Below, piece by piece: positions 41,901 to 54,200 of a stretch of 64,000 nt of DNA. The notes under the pieces are model-generated. The model searched no databases. It saw only the letters and a list, made by a program, of their open reading frames with translations, and was not told the DNA's origin. How positions within the stretch are numbered: position 1 is the stretch's first letter; each line of letters begins with the position of its first letter. The position numbers were made by a program, and so were the translations under genes. The DNA is from Aplysia californica (lineage: Eukaryota). The stretch is from NCBI RefSeq assembly GCF_000002075.1, contig NW_004797514.1, positions 624,451-688,450 on the forward strand, written 5' to 3'.

Positions 41901-42219
41901 TCATCAATCAGGTGGTCTCGGAGCTTTCTGTACTTGGCATCCAGTAACTGCAGAAGGGCAAGAGGAATATTATTCAGTGCGAAAAGAGCATGTCTGATAG
42001 TGGGGGTTTTTGTTTTGTTTTGGTAAGTGCTTTACGGCCCTCGCAACGGCACAAAGTCATATGAGTGCACAGGACACATTAAACATTTTCAGTTTGGTAG
42101 GAATTAATTTTGAATTTTGCCAGGGTGGCGGTGGAAGAATACTCTGATAGTGTGTTTGTTTCTGAGTTTGAGTGTGAGTGCATGTGTTCATGTGAGAGTG
42201 AGTATGTGTATATTTGTAG

Positions 42220-42272
<53 letters not shown>

Positions 42273-45200
42273 TGTGAGTGTGTGTGTGTGTGTGTGTTCA
42301 TGTACCTGTGTGCATTGAAAGTGAGGTTATATTTGTCTAAACATGCACATGTATAAGTATTTGCAGATATTTTTGTATATGTTAATGTACTTGCATTGAT
42401 GGGAAAGCAGTAGGGTGTTATGATGGACTTTGTGAAACTTTTATTTAACAATAAAATTGTATCTGGTACATGATACCTATAACGTTTAACATAGCGATCA
42501 CAGAAGTCATTCAGTTGTCCTTCTGACCAAATATTTAATCTTTCTTTCTGCATCCCTTCCAACAATTATCTTTTAGAATATTCATCCCAGAAATGAAGTA
42601 GCATTCTTCACAACTTCACAATATATTGGATACCTACAATCTACAATAATTTTCACTGTTTGGCACTTCTCTTCTTCTGCTTCTTAGCTTTTCCAGTAGA
42701 CCTTTCTGCAATAAAACACCCTGTCTTTGGCCATTCTCTCTGACTGAGTTGTTTTGGTTCTAAGCCAGGTTTCTATATCCTGTTCCCACCAATGTTAGGT
42801 CTTCCCTTTTCTTTCATGTCTTTTACCTCTGCTTCAAGAATATGTCTCTCAAGTGAATCATTGTGTTCAACTCTACATAACCATAATTATGTACTGTACA
42901 AAACACTTCAGTGACTTTGTTAATTAAAATCCTTTAAAAAAAGCACAATTCAATGTAGTTTTCCTAGGTCACAAGAGAAATGGTGAAACTGTCAAGTCAT
43001 AGGTACAAATATAAAAGTAGAAGCTCAGCTATGAAGTATGATTAAGGTGTGAATTGGTCCATAGGTGCTAAAAACATTTTGCCTTTTCCCTGAGGCTGAA
43101 AAGTTTTGGCTCATCTACACATCAAGCAGGTTTTTTTCCCATTTACCTCTTCTTAAAGAACCCACAGTACCTCCAATTAGTATCCCATCCCTTTTCGAAA
43201 CAAACGACTGTGATTGGGAATCCTAAAATCATCGAACACGCACTTACTTGATCAAAATCAATGTCTGAGGAACCTCCGTCGAACTTCATGAAAACTTTCA
43301 TGACTAAATGACTGTGGCTGTTTTTCTTCGCCTTCTCCTCTGCCCAAGCTTTTTCTTGCATCTCATGGCCATTCTGACAGAAAAGAAATGAACTTTCAAG
43401 AGTAAAGGGAATTCAGTTTGAAAAAATGCAGGATATTTATCTACAAAAAACAAATATAACCCTTCGGACCCCATCACTAGTTTCAGCATCTATTTGTAAA
43501 AGGTTGATTTTTAGCATACAAAACACCACGCAAAATGTTTTTGAATTAAAAAGCATATAATAATAGATCAACGCTAACATTAAAAACTAATCCCCCCCCC
43601 CCCAAAAAAAAATTTTGTTAAATTGCCACACAAGTAGTAAAAGAATCAAATTGATTGGTCCATATTTTTCAAATCCCAAAACATCAGCATTTCTATATTT
43701 CCCACATAAATTCCGTATAATCGTGTTATTATAATAAAAATCCCTACCAGAGTCCCCAGCTGGTTCAAGATTGTTGCCAAGTCTCGGTCTTGCAGATCCT
43801 GCAGCTCAGCCAACAGCTGTACGACCACTTCATCCATGAGGACAGCGCGGCCGCCATCCATAACCATCGCAAACTTCTTGCTGGCACAACGGATGGCACC
43901 AGCTTCCTCCAGGATGGATGTGTGCTCCTCCTGATTGGCTGGGTGAATAAATGAAGACATTGTCTACTTATCACGTCCACTTATCACTCCCATTTTGACT
44001 CAAATCTGGGTTAAAAAATTTAACATCGTCCTTTAAATTGTGGAGTTCTTTCTTAAGAATCACAAAAATTAAACACAATAAATTTAATTATTTTGTTATC
44101 AAGAGGAATATGTAGGCAATAAATTAAAGCAGCTTGATCAAACCTTATCAACTACAATCAGTATCGACCAAGGGTTAAAAACACACAAAAATATAGAACG
44201 TTTTACAAGCACATCCCCATGTAAACGGTTCCCACCTCCTCCCTTTCTAGAAAAGAAACACTACTCCACACCTTCTCAAAAGACTGAAAATCAAAACAAA
44301 GCTATAATGTGCCTATCTGAGGTGTCAGTAGTCTAGTTTTAGACTATAGCACTCATAATAGTGAGATTGCGGGTTCGGGGGTTCAATGCTCAGCTTAGTC
44401 CAATACTGTATCCTTGGGAAAAGCATTTTACACAAATTTTCCTGATTTGTCGCTGTTATCGAAGACAATTGTTCAATTTGGAAGTCCTGCCTCTTGAACA
44501 ACTTTAGTCTTGTAAGGAGTGTTAACCCTCTATAATTTTGCAGGTTTTTTCCACTTTTTTCTGAGCCCATCTACCCATTGCTATTCAAAATAAAAGAAAA
44601 TAGTTGGTATTTACATAAATGCTAAACATGGAGGAGATGTCTGGAAAGGGAAATGAGCGAGATGAAGCTCACTTGGAACGAGCTTGGAAGGATGGCCCAG
44701 GACAGAGATAAATGGAAGGAGCTTGTATGTGGCCTATACCCTGCCAGGGGTGAAACGCACTGATGAGGATGATATAAATACTGACCTTTGTCGTCCAGAT
44801 CCATATTCTCTCTCTTGTCCTGCAGTTCCTGCATTCTCTTCCTGCCCTGGTCCACAGACATCACAGCCGCAGCCTCCAACAGCTCCTCCATGCCTTCGTC
44901 TTGGAGCAAATTCAGCATGACTTCCCGCTCCTTGTAGTGCCGTCTCAGCACAGCCCGCATGTAGATAGCCTGCATGGTCCTCTCATCATCTGAAAAAAAA
45001 AAAAGGGTCGTTTTGGGGTCAGCATCCGTTTTATTTTCCTGTTGGGTCTTAGAATAGTTTTGCAGTTAACAGAAGCGAATCAATATTTTTTTATGCGTCA
45101 ATCATCTTACTGTATGTTTTTGTCTTGTTTTTTTGTAGTTGTTATTTTATCAAGGTTTGTTTGTTGTTGTTGATCATTTTGTTGAGATTTTGAGGGGTTT

Positions 45201-48200
45201 TTTTTCTTTTTTAGGGAGGAGGGGTATGAGAAAACCTGTAGTGCTAAAGTTCAGACAATGATATTGAAGACTTTATCAGAATTCCCTATGAACTGAGAGT
45301 AGGGGAATGTAAACCACTACAACAACAAAAAAATAATCCTGAAAATAGATAAAAATACTTTTCAGGGATTCTTCACTTCAACTGTTTGCTTCATTTACAG
45401 TTATATAACTGCATCAATACTTTTCTTTGAGCTCTAAGGACTGCTGAAATATTCACAAAACTCCAAGATTCCTGCACTTTATCCAATTTCAGTCCAAAAA
45501 ACCTGTACTGAGTTCGTTATCAACAGTAATCTGAGAGCCCTCAACTTTACCCGCACCACTGCCACATACCCAGTTCGACAAAAACATATCAGAAAGAGTG
45601 CATGTAGTACTATCTGACTCTTACTTTCATTGGACTTGTCTTTTTCCTCTGGTGGTGGTTTTTGCTTTTCCCCTTGGTTGACACACTTTTTCCGTAATGT
45701 AGCCCTCTTCTGGGCCAGCAAAATTTGTTTTTCCCTGTCACTCTTTGACCTGTGAACACCCATTTATCAATTTGATCTAAACAATTATCTTAAAAGTATA
45801 TCATACAACAAATATGTTACTCACAGCGCAGTAAAGACTTCAACGCCAAAGTAAGTACAAGTGTCAGTAGCCAAACGGTCAACGTTTGAGAAGAAGATAT
45901 TATTCAAATTAGAATTCAACTTAGTACATTTTTTAATATTCTACAATAATAAAGGCAAACTAACATGGGGCTGAACTTTGCTAACATATGGAGGTTCAAA
46001 GTCTGAAACTCCCTAAAGTCCACCTTTGATCGTTTCCCTCTCAGCCCAAAGTCCTCATGGGAGATCAATAGTCCACTTTCACAGGTACCTACAAATGCCA
46101 TAAACATTTATGCCTACCGTGTTAACAAAAAAGAGGGTAATTTATAAGCTATATTTGAGTCATGAAAAAAAAATGCAAATTTTATATGGAAGTCATCAAA
46201 CTGTTCATTAAAAGAAATCATCAAACCTTCATACTCCATTAAATAAGTAAAACACTTCTAAACACTTGCACAGTTAATGTTTCCATTACATGAGTAAAAC
46301 ACTTATATTATATCAAAGTTACCATTACATAAATAGAACACTTACAATATTAATGTTACCTCTTATATCATGTCCATAGCAGGGTCAAATTGACTAAAAT
46401 ACAGTTAAACCTGTGCAAGACAACCATCCATTGTCGAAGAGGAAAGTGGTCCGTTTGAAGTGTCATTAAGGATCGATAACAACCTGGATCGAAGAGTCAT
46501 TATAATATAGAAAAAAAAAGCAAGTGAAGAAGTGGGAAGTGGTAGTTTGAACAAATGATTGTCTTAGACAGGTTTTCATTAGAGCAGGTTTGAACACATG
46601 TTGAAAAGGCCTTAAAACAGCATCAATCACAAAGAGAGAAGAGGGATGACTAACCTGCCAGACAGAGCCATCCCAATTCTTTCCAAGAGGCCCACAAACA
46701 GCAGCGCAGTCTCATGATCTCTCTCAGCGCTGGCAGCAAACTTCTCCATAGCAATTCTGGTCAGCTGACCATGCTTGCTCCGCAGAGTTGACCCCTTAAC
46801 CTCCTCCGAGCGGAGCCAAGACACGAGAGAATCCTGCTCCTGGTCAAAGCGGGGAACTAGGTCAGCCAGCAGATTGATGGAGCGTGACTCCGATGTCTGA
46901 GGCGGAGATGCTGTATACGTGCAAGATGAGAATAGAACAACAGTCCAAATTATTCAAGACAACCACCCACTATTTGACCAATTAAAAAAATTCATAATTT
47001 ATGAATGCACATAAAGGATCAATTAATATTACACATTAGTGATCAAGCATTTCTCAATTAAAATTTATTCCACACCTTTAACAAATGACTTCAACATTCC
47101 ATAGCGGCACAAAGTTAATGTCTACAAGGATCAGAGAAAGGACTGATTCAGACAACAACTTACAGTTCGGAAATACTTTGTCTTCTCCAACAAGTGTAGG
47201 CAGCAATGCTAAAGCCTGTGGAATAATATAAACATTTTTTTCAGTATCTAAACTGCACATTGAAAAAAAAAACATCCTTGTCATTAACAAATTTCAAAAC
47301 CATAAACAGTGACTTGAAACAGGGACAGAGATCTCAGCTTCCATTCTATTATCAGGTCTGTAACTTTTCAAGACATTTCTGTGAATCCGTTACAATGAAA
47401 GAAGTATGAAAAGATTTTCTTGTAAGTAACCCCTTTGGGCTATCTCCACTCAAACCTTCCTGATCCTCACCCAAGCTGGTCATTTCGTTTCCAAAACAAA
47501 TTGTTTCCTTATCTTTGTTTCTTCACTTCAGTGAGGGTCAAATGATTTGGTCTTCAAAATTACATCACTATTAATATCTCTAAAGTTGCACTATTTTTGT
47601 TTGAAGTAGCAGGAGTCAATTTCAAATCGGTTTACAACAAACGTTTTGAGCAGTAAGAAAATATGCCCCAAATATAAGTCTCTCAACCAGGCCAACAAGA
47701 TTCACTTCAATACAAAAGATCAACTGAAGTGGTGCACTGTACAGAGTCAGAGATTCAAAATACCAATTTTTTTTTTACAGATACTCTGACACCTGCTGAG
47801 AGAAACAGAAAAAAATAAACACAAAAAAGCCTAGTTGGAGCTTGGAAAAGGCAAGATAAATGGAATAGCATTACAACGATATGAACCATCCTTCATTACA
47901 GTGGTTCACTGGTAAATAATTACAAATCATTTCCTTAATCAGGGTATATCCCATATTTGCATCCAGTATTATTTTAGAATAAGCCCATACCATGACTGTG
48001 GTGAATACTTTATGTCACATCATCCACCAACTTTGTTGTTTTAGTTGAGGTTTTACGGCGCTCGCAACTGCATAAGGTCATATGAGCACCAGAAGAATAG
48101 AGGTGTTACAAGAGAGTGACAAACATAAAAAAGAATAAGGGGAGATAAGGACGATAGATGTTTGATAGGAAAGAAGAAGCAAACCACACCAGAGCACCCG

Positions 48201-51200
48201 CCAACCACCCACATCCACTAACTGTAAAAGCCCTTTTTCTCGCGCACAGCTGATATGACAAAAGAGCCAGAGTGTCACAATCACTGGCAATGTTTCAGGC
48301 TACAAATTTCTTTGAAAGAAAAATTATTCCTTGAATCAAGTTTCAACATAGCCAAAATGACCTAAATTACTTTTAAAAAGGTGTCATATTTTCAAATAAA
48401 CGTCCAAACTAAGAAGCCAGTGGACCATTAGACCATTCACCTGCGACCGAGGCCCAATGAGGGCTGACATCTGTTCCAGAAGCCCTTCTCCTCTCAGTCT
48501 CTTCTCCTCCTTCCTTTGGCGTAGTATCTCTCTCTGTTTGTTCTCTTTCGACAACCTGCAAAGGATAAAAATAAATCGAATTGCAAAGACATACAATGTA
48601 TGAAAGTCAAAGTGAACGGCAGTTTGTAAAGGTGACCAAAAAATTGCCTTTCTCAACGTCACTTGAAGGACTGAGATGAAAATTTAGAATTAACACACTG
48701 GCCAAAAGTGTAGTTTATGAGTAAAATAAGACTCCTATCAGAGAGGATTCAGGACAATTATTCTTACTTTAACTTCAACTGTCTCAGCTTCAGATTTAAC
48801 ATAAAACCTGTCAGATATTTACACATACCCCTTCCACTCGGATCCCATTTTATCCACAAGTCCAAAAACAAAGACCTGGTCTCTGAGAGCCTTGTATTTC
48901 CCATCCAAAACCTTAAGGAACGCTGTGTCTTCAGCACTGAGGTCAACGCAACCTAAGATGACGTAGGCGATGCTGTTGAAGTGTTCCTCCTTCGTGGCTT
49001 CTATCTCACTCAAAACGAGCCGAGTCACTTCTTGTGCATTCTGAAAAGAATTTCAAAGAGGGGAAAGTTAATTCGTNNNNNNNNNNNNNNNNNNNNNNNN
49101 NNNNNNNNNNNNNNNNNNNNNNNNNNNNNNNNNNNNNNNNNNNNNNNNNNNNNNNNNNNNNNNNNNNNNNNNNNNNNNNNNNNNNNNNNNNNNNNNNNNN
49201 NNNNNNNNNNNNNNNNNNNNNNNNNNNNNNNNNNNNNNNNNNNNNNNNNNNNAGCAAATCAATATAATGCATCTTTTTAAAGTATGGTCAACTTTTTGCC
49301 CTTTATTTGCCAAAAGGATATAATAAGTGTAAATGTTTTTATTATCATTTATTATCATTGACAAAGAGCCATCCTCCAAATATATGGAACATTACATAAT
49401 GCATTGATACGTCTGCAAGGAATGTGAAAGCATACTACGTCTATTATATATGTGGAGTACACGAGAAAAACAGAAATAGTCACAAACTGAAAATCGTGAG
49501 GGTTCAACGCTTGTTGACTTATAACTGTATTTCTGTTTAACTGTTGGTTGATTATTGTGGTAAGATTTTCCTTTCAACAAACATAGCAATAAACCAATAA
49601 TCAAACAAATATGAAGTTTTGAGTCCACAAGCTTTTAAAATTGACACCCTAACAATTTCCAGTTTGTGACTATGCTCATTTTTGCCGTGGACTCCTCATT
49701 TATATGTATACAATATGTATGTATTGGTATGTCTACAGAGCATTAATGTGAAGGGTGCTGCCAAAATGAGTTACTTCTCGGATTCGAGACCTATAGAAAT
49801 AGAAGTGTCACGCTTATAGGTGAAGTTTTTACAATTCAAAAGTATAAAATAATAAAAGGCTTATTATGCTCAAAGAATATGGCATAAATAGAAAATCTGC
49901 AAATTTGACCCTTGAGTCGTTTTTTGGCCAATATCTCCATTTGTGGATTGTGAGAAGTAACTCATTTTGTCCGCATGCCTCACATTTTTCTGTTTACCTA
50001 CCATTTAAAAAGAACCAAAGAAAAAGAAAAGAAAAGAAAAGCGACGTTCAAATCTTTTCACCTTTTTATGAATTTCACTGACAGTCTTTTCAAATTCAAC
50101 CTCTTGTCTCTGCTGCAGGTCAGCCAGAACAAACGACATGACAGTCGAGTCAGTGGCATTGTGGTCCTTGCTCTCAACATCAGCACGGCTTTGCTCAAAG
50201 TACAGTCCAGTGGCTGTAATATTGTGCGTTGAGAAAAGTAAATGTTTTATTCTCTAAAAAGCAAGAACTAATGGGTATTTTGAAATAATTCATATCGTCT
50301 AAAATATGAGCTATTCATTCATTGTAAAGCGCTCAGAGCCTGTGTACTTTAATCAGGGATGAGCGTCATATAAATGTAATTTATTATTATTATTATTATT
50401 GTCAGGTGTGTGAGAATGCCATTGTTTATATGTCTATCCAATGACTATTCGTGTGTGTGCGTCTGTGTATGTAAATGTAAGAGCATGTGTGTGTGTTGAC
50501 CGAAGCATAGGCGTGTATGTATTTGCCATGCTGAAGCAAATTTCTCTTTGTGGACATCAACAAATTATATGTTCACTTATCTTTAAAAGGGTAAGAGGGA
50601 ACATTGTGAAGGCTTGTGGAACAGAACTGATACAGGGCTATAATCATCACTGTAACTTCCCTATAATAATGACAAGAAATAATAAATTCTTAAACAATAA
50701 ATTGATAACTTAAACTCTGCTGACACTAAAGGGGTCACTGGTAGTTGCCTGTATTTAGATGACATATTGGCATATCCAAAAAAGATTCCCAAGGTGTCAC
50801 AGAGAGCATAAACTTTTAATAAAAGCAAACATTTTAACAAAAGCAAACAGAGATTTCTATGTAGGTTTTCTTTCTGCCAAGATTTACATAACTTTTTTTG
50901 TACTTCAATTTATCGGTATAAGGTTATACACTGTAATGAAAAGTAGTAACACGTTGGTGCATAGCACAAAAAGAGTTAAAGTCTAATGTCAGAGTTGTCT
51001 TTTTAAAAACCTTACTTAAAAAAACCAAAAGCTTTCTTAACACTTTGCGGTCACTTGGCGCAATAATGCGCCGGAGGAAATTATTCGTTCCGGTCACAAG
51101 GTGCAGTTCTGCACAGTCTCCTGGCAGAGTGACCAGATGGGTTATTGTGTACTGCTGTCTGTGCGACGGCAAAATGGTAAAACTGCAAGTACAAAGTACG

Positions 51201-54200
51201 GTTGAAATTGTCCAAGATGGCAAACCATTGTCGAGGACAATAGTAGTTGACTTAGACAGGCTGGTGTCTTAGACAGTATCAGCATGATATTTTAAAAAAC
51301 CTAGGGGAGAAAGGGAAAGTGGTTGTTTGTACATGTGATTTTCCTGGACAGAAATGACCATCAGAGCAGGTCCGACTGTACTTGTTGAGATAAAAGGGTT
51401 GTAAGACGGAAGAAATGTCACTAATTCTAATGCTTAACCATACCAACCTTCTTGAAGCAGTTTGTGATTCACCGACGAGTCAGAATTATTCATCATCTTC
51501 CACTCTTCTCTTTGATTCCTCAAAGTCCTGATCCGAAGTTTGCGCTCATCAGGAGACATTTTGGCAGCTGCTTCAAAAGATGACTTGCTGTCGGGGCCTT
51601 GCAGAAGGAAGACCATGGCCTGTAAAAATGAGTTTGAAACTGGTTATAAATTTCACTTGCAGTTCTAACAATTCGTCAGCCGGTTGGTCAGATGCATTAA
51701 GACAAAAATTCAGACTTTCAAAAAAAATTGCACTTTCTTTATCTGTGGTATTGATTGCATGTGCACAAAAAACATTTTGTTGAAATTCAAATTCTGCATG
51801 ATGAAAAAAGCAAGAAAAGATTCATTATTTGGGTACAGTTTTTAACAGAATAAAACAGTTCTGTTTATTTTCAATCTCTTAAAAAACTTTGCTTTCCTGG
51901 CCTAAAACAGTTGCACAACTTGTCAGTGATTTATCAAGAAGGAACATGCTACAATTATAGAAAGCGTTCACCCGTAAACAATTTTGAAAACAAAGAATTG
52001 CTCTAGATTGCTACCTCTCTCTCTAAAAAGTAGCGCTGCTCCATTTCTTCCACAAGTCTCTGCTTGATGCCAGCTAATGCTAGACTCTGCAGACTGTCCA
52101 GGTCTGGGGCGGCGGTAGATCTTTTGATTGGTCGATGTCCTCTTCGTGACTCCAGTCGTAAGTTCGCCAGAATTTCACTACGCTGTCTGTCCCAGTCATA
52201 CCTGGATGTTTAAACCAGGACAAATAAAAAGAAATATAAAACATCTTCATAAATACTTGATGGATGTCAGATACAAGGAGGACATTTTCTGAACAAATTG
52301 AGACTAAGTCTTAGCTATTGTGAGGAAGAAAGTTGATAATCTACATAATCAAACAAAAATATAAGAGCCAGGGAAAAAATGTCAGAAGCAAAACAAAAAA
52401 GGTCACATAAAAAAACAACTAAAATCATGTCATACGTTTCAACCAATAAAGGTATTCAAAACAAACCTTTTAGGTTTGTATTCCTGCTTTCGTTCAGCGA
52501 GCCCCACAGAAATGGCAGCTGATGTGACAAACGGCTCCAACTGAAGGAGTCGCAACTGCCGCAGCAGATGCCAGTACGCCAGGGCTAGCACAGCAGAGGG
52601 TGGGAGAGATGAAGAGCTCTGATGGAGAGAGTGAAGAACTGCATCCCTCTCTGCTTTGTGCCGCATGTCCAGCTGAGTTAAGATGGCGCCACATGAACGG
52701 GGGCCTGCATTAGGAATATTACAACAGAACATTTATACATGGGCCATCAGCCTAATACAGACATACCCACAATTTTACTCTTACTAAATAAGTTAAAAGT
52801 TCAGAAAGTCACATCAGGGGTTTTTTTTTACTTAATAGTTCAGAAAAATATTCTGAACATGCACATCCCAGTGATCACTCTTTAAAGACTGGAGGCATTT
52901 AAAAAAACAAACGTTGCATATTTCAAAGCATAATCATTAGCTGTGAATCCCTCTGCCACACGGAAAACAGTTTTCGACCCGTTGTCTCAAAGTGACCAAT
53001 GACACTAATTGGAATCTTCATGTCTCTAATTGCATGCTGTGGACACACACATTTGCTCATTTTCCCAATCACTGTTGTCACTGCTTACAAAGATTAATGA
53101 ATATAACCTAACAGCCCATCAAAATTAAATGTCTTTAAGGCTCAGCAAAGAATGAGCCCGTTCCCACTGTCTTTTCTTATCGAACTCTTCTTGTAAAAAG
53201 GCACAGGATCATCGAACTCTTCTTGTAAAAAGGCACAGGATCATCGAACTCTTCTTGTAAAAAGGCACAAGATCATCATACTCTGCAAGTCCTGACAAGG
53301 AGTTGAAAGTTCATGACACTTTCCCCAAGGACCCAGTAACCATTGGGCCCTTGTAAGAAATGTCTTGCTTTCTGCGACTATTTCCACACATACACAAACA
53401 TACACACTCACACTCAACAAGGGAATTCTTACCTTTGAACTCAACCTACCCTAATTTCAGAGCCCCACGAACTCTTTGACCCACCCACCACCACTGTCAA
53501 CGCAATAAATATATTACCTGCCACATCTCTCTTGTATCTTTCTGCCAACTCAGCATCTACTTGCTCATCAGTTCTCTCCTCAGTTTGCAACTCTGAAGCC
53601 AAAGACTTAAACTTTTCTTTCCGATTTGCTTCTGCCGAGTGCAGGTCACCGATCAGGCCTAGCAGACTCATGGAAAGTTCCACTTTTGCTCCAGGCAAGT
53701 CATCCACATTCTCTGCAAGACTTTTACTCTTGATTGAAGCTGTGACAAGGCGTTTGATTTGCTGAAATGTCTCAGATTTCTCACTGTCCATATCTGAAGC
53801 AGAAGACAGAATTGTCCTTTTAAAAAAAAGAAAAACAGTTAAAATTGTCCACGGCAATTGCAACACAGTTAGGTCATATAAGTACCCGAGATTAGAGGTA
53901 CTACTAGTTTGTAACATTCAAAATGAAAGAAGGAAACATAAAGACTATAGATTGATAGGAAAGAAGAATAGAGCAAACCACAATAGAGTGCCCATTAAAC
54001 AACCACAAAAATAGAAAAGGACGTACTGGCAGCAAAAGAAGCCATCTCCACGATGACCTTGTCTTGCAGGAGAGAATATTTCAGGTCCAGCGCCTCCATC
54101 ACATTGCTGGTGGTCACTGTGTCACTCAGCTTGGACATCTGCTCGTCTCCTTCAGTCTGGCCCAGACCGTCGTCATGCAGAAGTGAGTCCAGGCCGTGTT

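Noticed and set aside
47425-47580. Possible extra exon (GNEMTSLGEDQEGLSGDSPK)
   Set aside because: No convincing acceptor in an open frame, and E11-E12-E13 already join in phase.
53441-53443. In-frame TGA before a strong donor as selenocysteine or readthrough
   Set aside because: The upstream donor at 53518 gives the correct phase and repeat spacing, and no SECIS evidence was seen.
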